Shown here: one piece after another, positions 8,870 through 18,621 of the stretch
Numbering within the stretch: the first letter of the stretch is position 1
Layout: each line of letters starts with the position of its first letter
Assembly (NCBI GenBank): GCA_009842245.1
Contig: VYFT01000026.1
Coordinates: forward strand, 13,465 to 77,464
Direction of reading: 5' to 3'
Source of the DNA: Gammaproteobacteria bacterium
GTDB taxonomy: Bacteria; Pseudomonadota; Gammaproteobacteria; Pseudomonadales; Azotimanducaceae
Length of the DNA: 64,000 nt
Made by a program: the position numbers and the translations under genes
The notes under the pieces: generated by a model
Told to the model about the DNA's origin: nothing
What the model saw: the letters and a program-made list of their open reading frames with translations, nothing else
The model's database searches: none

Positions 8870-9418
8870 TTGAAAGACAAAGAACCGGATGCCACATTGA
8901 TGTATCGCGTACAACAAGGAGATGAGTTAGCTTTTCGAGAGCTAATGAACCGTCATCTACACGGATTACACGCTTACGCTTTCCGCATGTGTCACAGCAT
9001 TGAAGTAGCGGAAGAAATCACGCAGGAAGCGTTTTTACGAGTTTGGACGCGAGCTAAAACTTGGCGACCTAATAAAGTACAGTTTTCCACGTGGCTGTAC
9101 CAAATAACTCGAAACTTATGCATTGATCTCTTTCGTAGACAAAAAGCACAGTTCGTAGACGACGTCGACTTGTCGCAAATTCCCGACACATCGGCCCGGA
9201 GAGATGAAACACTAGTCATTGCGTTGCAGCAGGCGGTGCACAAGTTACCAGAGCGACAACGTACTGCGTTTTTGCTTTGCCAGGTACAAGGATGGTCGCA
9301 AATTGAAGCCGCGGAACTATTAGAAACCACACCCGATGCAGTAGAGTCGTTGTTATCACGGGCGCGAAAAGCCCTGCGAAAAACACTCGAGGATCGTCCT
9401 ATCGGACATACCAATTAG
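8870..9418 (+). CDS. ECF-type RNA polymerase sigma-70 family factor
   Basis: Region 2 (GDELAFRELMNRH...AEEITQEAFLRVW, FSTWLYQITRNLCIDLFRR) and region 4 (LPERQRTAFLLCQVQGWSQIEAAELL). The start could be TTG 8870 or ATG 8900. Confidence 0.85.
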   Translation: MKDKEPDATLMYRVQQGDELAFRELMNRHLHGLHAYAFRMCHSIEVAEEITQEAFLRVWTRAKTWRPNKVQFSTWLYQITRNLCIDLFRRQKAQFVDDVDLSQIPDTSARRDETLVIALQQAVHKLPERQRTAFLLCQVQGWSQIEAAELLETTPDAVESLLSRARKALRKTLEDRPIGHTN

Positions 9419-9422
9419 ACTT

Positions 9423-9842
9423 ATGGAATTAACTAAATTTGAAGAACTCATAGATCGACAGGGAACTGATCTCCAGTCTTGGACTGAAGAAGATTTGCGC
9501 GAACAAGCTTACGCGTTGCTTCAGTCATCCAAGCCGGCACAAGAGCTACTGAGAAACGCCCAAGCAGTGGAAAAGTGGATACCAAAAGCGATGTTTGTGC
9601 CGGTTCCACAAGGATTAGAGCGGCGCATCTTAAATGCGATCGCGGGGACAAAACCAATTGCTCGAACTTGGCAACGAATCTGCACAAATTGGATTCTTAA
9701 ACCGGCTCTAGCCGTGGTGCCACTTGCGTTGGGATTTCTCATCGGATTCTCTCAAGCAAATCACTCGACGATAATTGAGGACGAAATCACTACAGTCCAC
9801 TTTGAAGACTATACGGACATCTTGTTCTTAGCTAATGACTAA
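9423..9842 (+). CDS. putative anti-sigma factor (single TM, short periplasmic tail)
   Basis: Begins 4 nt after the sigma gene and has one TM helix (PALAVVPLALGFLIGF). No zinc-finger motif. Called from position and topology. Confidence 0.5.
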   Translation: MELTKFEELIDRQGTDLQSWTEEDLREQAYALLQSSKPAQELLRNAQAVEKWIPKAMFVPVPQGLERRILNAIAGTKPIARTWQRICTNWILKPALAVVPLALGFLIGFSQANHSTIIEDEITTVHFEDYTDILFLAND

Positions 9843-10386
9843 AGATCGACGCATCTTTATTGCGTTAATAGTCTCAATGGTCGCGAATCTAGCGTTGGTT
9901 GCGTACATTGTTGGAAGCCACCTCGCGACACATCGACTCGGCAACAGTGCAGATCCAAGTTATGCATTAGCGGCGTTGGCGCGATCTTTACCAGAAGAAC
10001 GCATCGAAGAGTTAATGCCAGGCTATATAGAACGAATTCGCGCGGACGTGCGGCCGCACTATCGAAAACTTCGTGAAGCGCAAGCTCGACTGCATCGCGA
10101 ATTGACTAAGAGAGACGTGAATCGAGAAGCAATTGAGAGCGCGATTGATGATCATTGGATAGCTCGCCATAGTGCTCAACGAGTAGCCGATACTGTATTT
10201 GTCGAACTGTACATACAACTGAGCGAGAAAGAGCGAAGAGAGGTAACTAGTGCCCTTCTACAAGTTCGTGCTCGTCATGATGAATGGCGACGTTCTCGGT
10301 TGCGGCGCGCCGAGGAAGAACGCGAACAAACAGAACGCAACCGCGGCGACGCTGATGTTTTAAAGGAACAGTCTGACGACCCATAG
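9835..10386 (+). CDS. membrane-anchored Spy/CpxP/ZraP-like periplasmic protein ('periplasmic heavy metal sensor' family)
   Basis: 8-nt overlap with the anti-sigma gene. N-terminal TM anchor, then helical repeats with LPEERIEEL and LSEKERREV (LTxxQ-like) motifs. Confidence 0.5.
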   Translation: MTKDRRIFIALIVSMVANLALVAYIVGSHLATHRLGNSADPSYALAALARSLPEERIEELMPGYIERIRADVRPHYRKLREAQARLHRELTKRDVNREAIESAIDDHWIARHSAQRVADTVFVELYIQLSEKERREVTSALLQVRARHDEWRRSRLRRAEEEREQTERNRGDADVLKEQSDDP

Positions 10387-10400
10387 CAGGTTGGTGGTCT

Positions 10401-11003
10401 ATGGTCTCATTGGATCGCTTCATTGAGGGCACACTTGAGCGGTATCCTAAACTCTGGAACGAGTACGACTCTTCTTGGCGTTCCCCTTGCGAAATTGGCG
10501 AGCCTGTAGAGCTCGAGGATGTCACCGCGATCGAGTGGCGACCTCAGTCCAGACTAGAAGCGGATGATTTTTCGGGACTAGAAAACGCGTTCGAAACAGA
10601 AATCCATCAATCGATTAAGGATTACTACGGTTCGTATTGGTCCGGAGGACTCGAAGCAACCTGCAAAGAAGGACACGTGAGTCTAATGTTCTTGTGGAAC
10701 GACGAAGACCGTGATCGTCTTGTAGACAACCTTATAGGTCATGCACTAGCACAAAAAAGGAGTCGCTCTCCTTTGAGTATTTTCTTCGCATGTACCGATG
10801 CTGCATCGGCATATTTCTTGTCGGTTAACAACTCCACAGGTGAAGTACAACTTGAACTGCCTGGTCGCAAACCGATCCGAACGGTGGAGTCGAGTTTGAG
10901 TAAGTTTCTAGAAAGACTTATTCCTGCACCTCCGTATGTACATCCCGATCGGGTCCGATTGACGAAATTGTTTCTGGATTCAGCGATCAAACCCTCGTTG
11001 TAG
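10401..11003 (+). CDS. syd: SecY-interacting protein Syd
   Basis: DRLVDNLIGHALAQKRSRSPLSIFFACTD...NNSTGEVQLE...LSKFLERL aligns by eye with E. coli Syd ([23 protein letters not shown]...NLSGEVCKE...LAEFLNQL). Confidence 0.75.
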   Translation: MVSLDRFIEGTLERYPKLWNEYDSSWRSPCEIGEPVELEDVTAIEWRPQSRLEADDFSGLENAFETEIHQSIKDYYGSYWSGGLEATCKEGHVSLMFLWNDEDRDRLVDNLIGHALAQKRSRSPLSIFFACTDAASAYFLSVNNSTGEVQLELPGRKPIRTVESSLSKFLERLIPAPPYVHPDRVRLTKLFLDSAIKPSL

Positions 11004-11212
11004 AATTGTGGGGTCTGAGCATGTTTCGAGGGACACTTCTGAGTCAAATTTTGATCAAAGCGTGCCACTGTTAGAAGTTAACTAGTGCCGTTTGATTGTC
11101 GACTTGTCTGATGCGACTTTATGATTGGTGATTGACATACTTAGGTCGGTCAACGACAAGATTGACTCTGTAATATAGTCGGCACTGAGCATCTTCTTGC
11201 GGAAATTTGGAT

Positions 11213-11905
11213 TCACTCATTTTCTATTTCCGCAGGTGGTGGTTTCGGTTTCTTCCCAAAACCGTCAAACTGTTGGAACGCATAGGACTTCGTTGTTGAC
11301 GACGATTTACGCTCTTCTAATTTCGTGAGATCAAAGGTGATACAAAGGGAAACCGGCTGTGATCGTACTCGTTGCCTTCCAATTACACTGACACCCTCCC
11401 CTTCTAACCTTTCAGCGAATGTAGAACTTGTGGGAGCCGGGATATCATAGAGGACACCCTTCTTGTTGACGACCAATTCTATCTTTTCAATGGTGGTTGC
11501 CAATTCGGTTTCTCGGTATTTGTGGAGAAAGTTGAACGGCTGCCAAGAAGCTTTTTGGTATATTGGAGTTTGGATCAAACTGCGTTCAGTCTGAGTATGC
11601 GGAGTAATCTCTCGAGCCGTTTGAATCTCCTCGATTGTTTCCTCAAATTGGATCGTTCCTTTGTATGCCAGCAGGACCTTCTTTTCGCTTGATGTGTTCT
11701 TGTACCTGGGATTTACCCATTTTTTCGAAGCTTTGAACGTATCGATTTTCACGCTGTACGGTTCAAGCAGCTCGTGTGTGTGGAAGCCGCTACAATCTGA
11801 TTTTGAGTATCCGTCCTCAGGCAATAATTGCACCGCGGAATCTTCTGCTCTCGTACCCCATGATACCCACAGGATTAACAGAATAATCACAACTTTCTTA
11901 CTCAT
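11213..11905 (-). CDS. hypothetical secreted protein
   Basis: 230-aa ORF with an N-terminal signal-like segment (VVIILLILWVSWGTRAED) and a Lys/Pro-rich tail. No recognisable family. Confidence 0.45.
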   Translation of the reverse strand: MSKKVVIILLILWVSWGTRAEDSAVQLLPEDGYSKSDCSGFHTHELLEPYSVKIDTFKASKKWVNPRYKNTSSEKKVLLAYKGTIQFEETIEEIQTAREITPHTQTERSLIQTPIYQKASWQPFNFLHKYRETELATTIEKIELVVNKKGVLYDIPAPTSSTFAERLEGEGVSVIGRQRVRSQPVSLCITFDLTKLEERKSSSTTKSYAFQQFDGFGKKPKPPPAEIENE

Positions 11906-12075
11906 AGTTTAGCTCTATCTTCAATTCTGAGCCCGCTGAACAGACTACCCGAGGTTAATGTCAGTGGGGAACAACATTACTTCCTGCAACAATGCTACGT
12001 CGGCATCCATACCTATAAGTATATCTCAAATCTCACGCCGTTTCTGAGCGTCGATGTTCCGGAAAACGACAGTAA

Positions 12076-12612
12076 TCAAGTGCTAACGAGATGCTTTACG
12101 CGATTATTGTTGCCTTTCACTGTTTTTGACTGAGACATTCGCGACTCCATGTCAAGGAGATACTTCTTGGTGGCGAGTCCACCTCCAAATCCAGTTAGTG
12201 TTCCATCACTTCCAATAACCCGGTGACAGGGCACAACAATCGCAATAGGATTGCGGTGATTGGCTTGACCTACCGCACGAAAGGCCTTCGTTCGACCGAT
12301 ATTGTTTGCAACATCTCGATATGATCGCGTTTCTCCATAGGGGATTCGCTGTAACTCGCGCCAGACTTGCGCACTGAAGGAATCCTCTGCGACTCCAAAA
12401 TCAAGCTCAATATCGAACTCTCGACGTTCACCTTGGAAATACTCGACAAGCTGTGCCCGAGCATCGACAAAATTGTCTGGTCGTCGACACCAACTAGGAT
12501 CGATAAATGGTTTGGTGTTTCGATTTTTAAGGAACGATAGTTGTTTTAGCGTTGAATCATCACCTTGAAGCAATAGAGGTCCAACCGGACTATTAAAAAT
12601 TTCGTAATACAT
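12076..12612 (-). CDS. ogt: methylated-DNA--protein-cysteine methyltransferase
   Basis: Active-site motif VPCHRVIGSDGTLTGFGGGL. Confidence 0.85.
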   Translation of the reverse strand: MYYEIFNSPVGPLLLQGDDSTLKQLSFLKNRNTKPFIDPSWCRRPDNFVDARAQLVEYFQGERREFDIELDFGVAEDSFSAQVWRELQRIPYGETRSYRDVANNIGRTKAFRAVGQANHRNPIAIVVPCHRVIGSDGTLTGFGGGLATKKYLLDMESRMSQSKTVKGNNNRVKHLVST

Positions 12613-12675
12613 TGAAGCGGCCTTTAGTGAAGCTCAAATTCTAAACAACAACCCTGTAGAAACTCTCCCCTGAGA

Positions 12676-12704
12676 TTGAAAAATGTTCTAATACTTGCTA
12701 AACT
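12676..12704 (+). promoter_or_regulatory. putative sigma-70 promoter of uvrA (TTGAAA-17 nt-TAAACT)
   Basis: -35 TTGAAA at 12676-12681, a 17-nt spacer, and -10 TAAACT at 12699-12704, about 30 nt upstream of the uvrA TTG start. Sequence-only prediction. Confidence 0.35.
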
Positions 12705-12715
12705 AGCTAGTTTAG
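12698..12715. promoter_or_regulatory. perfect 18-bp palindrome CTAAACTAGCTAGTTTAG (candidate operator) in the ogt/uvrA divergent region
   Basis: The sequence equals its own reverse complement and overlaps the predicted -10 and transcription start region of uvrA. The binding protein is unknown. Confidence 0.4.
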
Positions 12716-12733
12716 TTTTTTGAAGTTCATACT

Positions 12734-15589
12734 TTGACTGGCCCAAGTTCCTATATTTCCATACGCGGTGCGCGAACACACAATCTAAAAGACATCGATC
12801 TCGATATCCCTAGGGATAAACTCACGGTTATCACTGGGTTGTCTGGATCTGGGAAATCTTCCTTGGCTTTCGATACTTTATATGCCGAAGGACAACGTCG
12901 GTACGTCGAGTCGCTTTCTGCTTACGCCCGTCAATTTCTCTCCATGATGGACAAACCAGATGTAGACCACATAGAAGGTCTCTCGCCGGCCATCTCAATA
13001 GAACAAAAGTCAACATCGCACAATCCTCGATCGACAGTGGGTACGATCACAGAAATCTATGACTACCTCCGACTGTTGTTTGCGCGTGCAGGTGAACCGA
13101 GATGTCCGGAACACAACCTGCTACTAACTGCACAGTCTATAAGTGAAATGGTAGACGCCGTCATGGATCTTCCCTCAGACTCTCGCATCATGGTGCTAGC
13201 ACCGATAATTTCGCAACGAAAAGGTGAGCATGTGCACGTTTTCTCCGATTTGGTAGCCAATGGATTTGTCCGTGCAAGAGTTAACGGGTTAGTTACTACC
13301 CTGGAACACCCACCGGTTCTTGATCGATATAAGACTCATACGATAGAAGTAGTAGTTGATCGCTTAGTCGTTCGCGAGGGCATCGAACAGAGGTTGGCAG
13401 AGTCGTTTGAAACAACACTGAAGCTTGCTGATGAGGTAGCGATAGTCGCACCGATTGATGAGACCTGGGAAGAACAGACTTTCTCTTCCAAGTTTGGTTG
13501 CCCGCAATGTTCTTACAGCATCAGCGAACTCGAGCCCAGGATGTTCTCGTTCAATAGTCCAACAGGTGCTTGCACAGCTTGCGACGGTCTTGGTACAGAG
13601 GTTGAGTTCGACCCAACTCTAGTCGTTGCAGACCCGCGCTTAAAACTCGCTGAAGGTGCTGTTGTGGGCTGGGATCGATCCACTACGTGGCAATGGGCGA
13701 TCGTTGAATCTTTGGCAAAACGCATGAAGTGTGACATTGACCGGCCGTATAAGAGATTACCCAAGAAATTTGTAGAGGCGTTGCTTTACGGAGCACCGGA
13801 ACCCCTCGCCGTGCGATTTAAGGGCAAGTCTCGAATGAGAACACACAAGATTCGATTTCGCGGCATCATCGGTACCATGCAACGTCGTTATCAAAACACT
13901 ACATCGCAGGGCGTAAGAGAAAAGTTACACCCGTTTATGAGCATTACGCACTGCTCAGACTGTGCAGGAAGCCGATTGCGCGAAGAATCGAGGCACGTGT
14001 TTGTGAACGATGCGTCCATCGCCGATATCACCGCGCTGTCTATCGAACAGGCGTTGACCTTTTTCGCAAGACTCGAACTGCTTGGGCAACGCGCCGTAAT
14101 CGCCGAGAAAGTACTAAAAGAAATTAAAGCCAGGTTACAGTTCTTAGTGAACGTGGGGTTGAACTATCTCACACTAGATCGCGCTGCGAGTTCCTTGTCT
14201 GGCGGCGAAGCGCAACGCATCCGGCTTGCAAGTCAAATTGGTGCGGGGCTTGTCGGAGTCATGTACATCCTAGATGAACCGTCTATTGGATTGCACCAAC
14301 GAGACAATGCTCGACTCTTGTCAACCTTGACGCACCTACGCGACATTGGGAATACCGTGATTGTGGTCGAACACGACGAAGAAGCGATCCGTACCGCTGA
14401 CAATATTGTTGACATCGGTCCACGAGCTGGTGTGCATGGTGGTGAAATCGTTGTACAAGGACCCTTACCAAAGGTTTTGCATGAACCTAGGTCCTTGACT
14501 GGACAATTTTTGACGGGTAAGCAGTCTATTGAGATACCGGACTCCCGAACCCTTTATTCAAAGCAAAAGACAATCACTATCAAGGGTGCTAGAGGAAACA
14601 ACCTAAAGGATGTCAGCGTCGAAATACCGATAGGACTACTTACTTGCGTGACTGGAGTCTCTGGATCCGGCAAGTCTACTTTGGTGAACCACACACTCTA
14701 CCCTGTTGCTGCTCGGCAACTGAACGGCACGACGAGCGTCAGTGCTTTACCTCACACTGAAATTCGTGGTCTATCGGACTTAGAAAAAGTGGTTAATATC
14801 GACCAAAGTCCAATCGGCCGCACACCAAGGTCCAATCCGGCGACCTACACAGGGCTTTTCACACCCATTCGTGAGTTGTTTACCAAAACCAACGAGGCAC
14901 GTGTGCGTGGATACCAACCAGGTCGTTTCAGTTTTAATGTCAAGGGAGGTCGCTGTGAATCGTGTCGGGGCGATGGATTGATTAAAGTCGAAATGCACTT
15001 TCTGGCAGATGTATATGTAACCTGCGAGACCTGTAGTGGCAAACGATACAACCGAGAAACTCTTGAAGTTAAATACAAGGGCAAGAATATACACGAAATA
15101 TTGAATATGACCATCGAAGAAGCACACGAGTTTTTTGTCGCAATTCCAATGATAAAGCACAAACTCGAAACGCTATTGGATGTTGGGCTCTCGTACGTAA
15201 GACTGGGGCAGAGTGCTACGACGCTCTCTGGCGGAGAGGCTCAGCGCGTTAAACTTTCGCGGGAGTTATCGAAAAGAGATCGAGGGAGGAGTCTCTACAT
15301 TCTTGACGAACCGACCACCGGCTTACATTTTCATGACATCAAAATGCTCTTAAGCGTACTAACTAGACTCCGTGAACACGGTAATACGGTGGTTGTGATA
15401 GAGCACAATATGGATGTAATAAAGACCGCGGACTGGATCATTGATCTAGGCCCAGAAGGGGGCGCACAAGGCGGTGAGATTGTTGCAACCGGTACTCCCG
15501 AAGAAATCAGTGGATGCACCGATTCACATACGAGTTCCTTTCTAAAGAGAGCGTTAATACCTGACCAAGCAGTAGCACAATCTGCTTAA
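12734..15589 (+). CDS. uvrA: excinuclease ABC subunit A
   Basis: 951 aa with [14 protein letters not shown], two ABC ATPase modules ([28 protein letters not shown] twice) and zinc-finger cysteines. Confidence 0.96.
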   Translation: MTGPSSYISIRGARTHNLKDIDLDIPRDKLTVITGLSGSGKSSLAFDTLYAEGQRRYVESLSAYARQFLSMMDKPDVDHIEGLSPAISIEQKSTSHNPRSTVGTITEIYDYLRLLFARAGEPRCPEHNLLLTAQSISEMVDAVMDLPSDSRIMVLAPIISQRKGEHVHVFSDLVANGFVRARVNGLVTTLEHPPVLDRYKTHTIEVVVDRLVVREGIEQRLAESFETTLKLADEVAIVAPIDETWEEQTFSSKFGCPQCSYSISELEPRMFSFNSPTGACTACDGLGTEVEFDPTLVVADPRLKLAEGAVVGWDRSTTWQWAIVESLAKRMKCDIDRPYKRLPKKFVEALLYGAPEPLAVRFKGKSRMRTHKIRFRGIIGTMQRRYQNTTSQGVREKLHPFMSITHCSDCAGSRLREESRHVFVNDASIADITALSIEQALTFFARLELLGQRAVIAEKVLKEIKARLQFLVNVGLNYLTLDRAASSLSGGEAQRIRLASQIGAGLVGVMYILDEPSIGLHQRDNARLLSTLTHLRDIGNTVIVVEHDEEAIRTADNIVDIGPRAGVHGGEIVVQGPLPKVLHEPRSLTGQFLTGKQSIEIPDSRTLYSKQKTITIKGARGNNLKDVSVEIPIGLLTCVTGVSGSGKSTLVNHTLYPVAARQLNGTTSVSALPHTEIRGLSDLEKVVNIDQSPIGRTPRSNPATYTGLFTPIRELFTKTNEARVRGYQPGRFSFNVKGGRCESCRGDGLIKVEMHFLADVYVTCETCSGKRYNRETLEVKYKGKNIHEILNMTIEEAHEFFVAIPMIKHKLETLLDVGLSYVRLGQSATTLSGGEAQRVKLSRELSKRDRGRSLYILDEPTTGLHFHDIKMLLSVLTRLREHGNTVVVIEHNMDVIKTADWIIDLGPEGGAQGGEIVATGTPEEISGCTDSHTSSFLKRALIPDQAVAQSA

Positions 15590-15607
15590 CGGCATCGCTG
15601 ACGAATA

Positions 15608-15991
15608 CTAATCGTCGTCTTCTATTTCCTCAACCGGTCGATCGACAAATTCGATAAAGCAAACTGGGGCAGAATCACCCTGCCGATATCCCGCCTTGGC
15701 AATACGCGTAAACCCACCGGGTCGCTCACGATAGCGTGGTCCAAGTTCAGTGAATAGTTTGCCCACGGCGGCTTTGCTACGTAACTGCGCGAACACCAAA
15801 CGTCGGTTTGCAACGGTGTCCTCCCGCGCTCGCGTGACGAGCGGTTCGATGAACCGGCGTAACTCTTTCGCTTTGGGTACGGTCGTTTGAATTTGCTCAT
15901 GCTCGATGAGCGATACGCACATGTTCGCAAACATTCGTTTACGATGCGAAGATGTTCGATTAAGGTGTCTACCGCTCTTTAAATGTCGCAT
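15608..15991 (-). CDS. rplQ: 50S ribosomal protein L17
   Basis: N-terminus [24 protein letters not shown]. Last gene of the alpha operon. Confidence 0.95.
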   Translation of the reverse strand: MRHLKSGRHLNRTSSHRKRMFANMCVSLIEHEQIQTTVPKAKELRRFIEPLVTRAREDTVANRRLVFAQLRSKAAVGKLFTELGPRYRERPGGFTRIAKAGYRQGDSAPVCFIEFVDRPVEEIEDDD

Positions 15992-16045
15992 GAGGCATCT
16001 CTAGGTTCAGATTTTCTTGTGATTAGCGTAGCAATGCGTAACTGT

Positions 16046-17017
16046 TTATGACTGTTGTTTCCAACCTGGAATCGTCATTCCCAACGAAAGACCTCGCGAG
16101 GCTAGCTCTTCCTTTATCTCCGTGAGCGATTTCCGTCCTAAATTAGGAGTACGAAAGAGGCTCTCTTCGGTCTGCTGCACTAGCTCGCCAATAGATGCGA
16201 TATTCTCGCCCTTTAAGCAGTTGATCGATCGTGTCTTCAAGTTCAACGCATCGATAGATTCGTAAAGGAATGGATCGATATTCGTAGCTTCTTGAGCTTG
16301 AAAAACTTCCTTCAACAAGTCCGAATCAACGAACGGCGCAAGTTGTTGCGTCAAAATAGTTGCAGCATGACGTACAGCTTCTTCCGGTCCAATCGTGCCA
16401 TTCGATTCCAACGTTAGGATCAATTTATCCATGTCGGTGCGTTGTTCTACACGAGTCTTTTCCACCTTGTAATCGACGCTTCGCATAGGACTGTAGGATG
16501 CGTCTAAGCGTAACCGGCCAATGACTTTGTCCTCTTCGCTGAGGTTGAGTTGATCTGCAGGTTGATAACCACGTCCGCGCGCGACAACCGCGTCAATTCG
16601 AATCGAGCCATGTTCGTTTAACGTACACAAATGATGCTCTGGATTTGCTACCTGAATGTCATCACCGTGGATGAAATCACCAGCAGACACTTCACCAGGA
16701 CCAGTAGCCGACAGACGCATCGAACTCTCATCACGGCCGTTAATTCGTACCGCGACACCTTTTAGATTCAGGCAAATATTCAACATGTCTTCACGAACTC
16801 CCGCTAACGTCGAGTATTCGTGTAGCACATTATCGACGGTAACCTCTGTAATGGCTGCGCCCGGCATCGACGATAAGAGAATACGTCGTAACGCGTTTCC
16901 TATCGTGTGGCCATAGCCTCGTTCCAATGGCGTGAGAATTACTCGCGCACGAGTTGGACTAAGCGTTTCAATTTCTAGATCACTCGCTTGCAACAGGTCC
17001 GTACCCATTGTGTTCAT
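16046..17017 (-). CDS. rpoA: DNA-directed RNA polymerase subunit alpha
   Basis: [23 protein letters not shown] and a C-terminal domain with [14 protein letters not shown]. Confidence 0.96.
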   Translation of the reverse strand: MNTMGTDLLQASDLEIETLSPTRARVILTPLERGYGHTIGNALRRILLSSMPGAAITEVTVDNVLHEYSTLAGVREDMLNICLNLKGVAVRINGRDESSMRLSATGPGEVSAGDFIHGDDIQVANPEHHLCTLNEHGSIRIDAVVARGRGYQPADQLNLSEEDKVIGRLRLDASYSPMRSVDYKVEKTRVEQRTDMDKLILTLESNGTIGPEEAVRHAATILTQQLAPFVDSDLLKEVFQAQEATNIDPFLYESIDALNLKTRSINCLKGENIASIGELVQQTEESLFRTPNLGRKSLTEIKEELASRGLSLGMTIPGWKQQS

Positions 17018-17058
17018 AGGTTAGATATTCCTCCAAGTAGTAGACGTAGACTGGGTGA

Positions 17059-17691
17059 TTATTTGGAATACAGTTCTACGATGAGATTTTCTTGTATCTC
17101 GCGTGGCAGCTCTTCTCGATCCGGTAAACGTTTAAACACGCTGCTTTTGTTTTCAGCATCGACTTCAATCCACTCAACGAAACCGCGTAGGTTCGCGAGT
17201 TCCATCGCCATACCAATTCGATGCTGTTGACGTTGTTTGGGACCCACCGAGATTTCATCGCCTGGTTGAACTTGATAAGAAGGTATGTTTACAACCGCTC
17301 CGTTCACTCTCACCCCTTTATGAGTCACCAGCTGTCTGGCTTCCGCACGGGTGGACCCGAAACCAGACCGGTATACAACATTGTCCAACCGAGACTCTAG
17401 TAAGAGAAGTAGGTTTACGCCGGTCGCACCAGATTGCTGGTCTGCCTTTTTATAGTAATTGCGAAACTGTTTTTCAAGGACACCGTACAACCGACGTACC
17501 TTTTGCTTTTCGCGCAACTGAATCCCATAATCGGACATTCGGCCTCCCCCAACTGCGCGTCGGGCACCCTGTTCGCCTGGAATCTTGTTTTCCTTACATT
17601 TCTCGTCTAGCGGCCGAACGCCACTTTTCAGGTATAAGTCTGTACCTTCGCGCCGCGAGAGTTTTAACTTGGGTCCTGTGTATCGTGCCAT
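17059..17691 (-). CDS. rpsD: 30S ribosomal protein S4
   Basis: [19 protein letters not shown]... in the canonical position. Confidence 0.95.
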   Translation of the reverse strand: MARYTGPKLKLSRREGTDLYLKSGVRPLDEKCKENKIPGEQGARRAVGGGRMSDYGIQLREKQKVRRLYGVLEKQFRNYYKKADQQSGATGVNLLLLLESRLDNVVYRSGFGSTRAEARQLVTHKGVRVNGAVVNIPSYQVQPGDEISVGPKQRQQHRIGMAMELANLRGFVEWIEVDAENKSSVFKRLPDREELPREIQENLIVELYSK

Positions 17692-17701
17692 GCTAAATTC
17701 T

Positions 17702-18115
17702 CTAAGGCCTCCGTTTCTTCGGTGGACGACAACCGTTGTGCGGAATCGGCGTTACATCGGTTATGCTGTTAATCCGTAGCCCCCCCGCATGCATCGCCCG
17801 AATGGATGATTCGCGACCGGGACCGGGACCCTTGACGAACACATCTACACTCTTCAAACCATGATTTTCCATCATGTTCGTGGTCACGCCCTCAGCTGCG
17901 GTTTGTGCAGCAAATGCGGTACTTTTGCGAGTACCCTTAAACCCTGCCGCGCCAGCACTTGACCAGCCAATGGTTCGGCCCTGTCGGTCCGTAAACGTAA
18001 TAATCGTGTTGTTGTACGACGAATGAATGTGTGCAAGACCGTCGGTGACAATCCGCTTACCTCGTCGTCGCGACGCTACGCTCTCTCGTGTCCCTCGTTT
18101 TCCCTTTTCTGCCAT
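17702..18115 (-). CDS. rpsK: 30S ribosomal protein S11
   Basis: [21 protein letters not shown]...[14 protein letters not shown]. Confidence 0.95.
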   Translation of the reverse strand: MAEKGKRGTRESVASRRRGKRIVTDGLAHIHSSYNNTIITFTDRQGRTIGWSSAGAAGFKGTRKSTAFAAQTAAEGVTTNMMENHGLKSVDVFVKGPGPGRESSIRAMHAGGLRINSITDVTPIPHNGCRPPKKRRP

Positions 18116-18117
18116 GG

Positions 18118-18474
18118 TTATTTCTTGATGATTCGACGCGGACCTTTCCGGGTACGCGCGTTGGTTTGGGTACGTTGCCCACGGACGGGCAAATTTCGTC
18201 GATGGCGCAATCCGCGATAACAGCGCAAGTCCATTAAACGCTTAATATTCATTGAGTTGATTCGGCGAAGGTCGCCTTCAACCGTTAAGTCCTCTACGGC
18301 CGTGCGTAGGCGATTTAATTCTTCTTCAGACAAGTCTTGAATCTTTTTATCTGGTTCTACTTGAGCCGAACCACACACTTTTCGAGCCGTGCTACGTCCT
18401 ATGCCGAATATGTACGTTAATGAAATTGACGCATGCTTGTTGTCTGGGATGTTTACACCAGAAAATCGTGCCAT
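18118..18474 (-). CDS. rpsM: 30S ribosomal protein S13
   Basis: [14 protein letters not shown]...[17 protein letters not shown]. Confidence 0.95.
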   Translation of the reverse strand: MARFSGVNIPDNKHASISLTYIFGIGRSTARKVCGSAQVEPDKKIQDLSEEELNRLRTAVEDLTVEGDLRRINSMNIKRLMDLRCYRGLRHRRNLPVRGQRTQTNARTRKGPRRIIKK

Positions 18475-18479
18475 ACTGC

Positions 18480-18596
18480 TTACCCTTGCCTCTGTTTGTG
18501 ACGCGGTTCCGTCTTACAAATTACATAAACGCGACCCTTCCGACGCACTACTTTGCAATTTCTGCACATTCGTTTGACTGATGCTCTGACTTTCAT
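18480..18596 (-). CDS. rpmJ: 50S ribosomal protein L36
   Basis: Hand translation of the minus strand gives [38 protein letters not shown] plus TAA. It sits between secY and rpsM and is below the ORF-track cutoff. Confidence 0.9.
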   Translation of the reverse strand: MKVRASVKRMCRNCKVVRRKGRVYVICKTEPRHKQRQG

Positions 18597-18621
18597 AAGA
18601 TTCGCGCTTCGCTACGACTAC

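Noticed and set aside
8223-8917. Four minus-strand ORFs (63-150 aa) opposite the EF-hand gene and the 5' end of the sigma gene.
   Set aside because: The plus-strand product has four textbook EF-hand loops, whereas the antisense translations are Ser/Arg-rich shadows.
12613-12733. I looked for a canonical gammaproteobacterial LexA box (CTGT-N8-ACAG) upstream of uvrA.
   Set aside because: None is present. The only CTGT (in CTGTAGAAACTCTCCC) lacks the ACAG partner.
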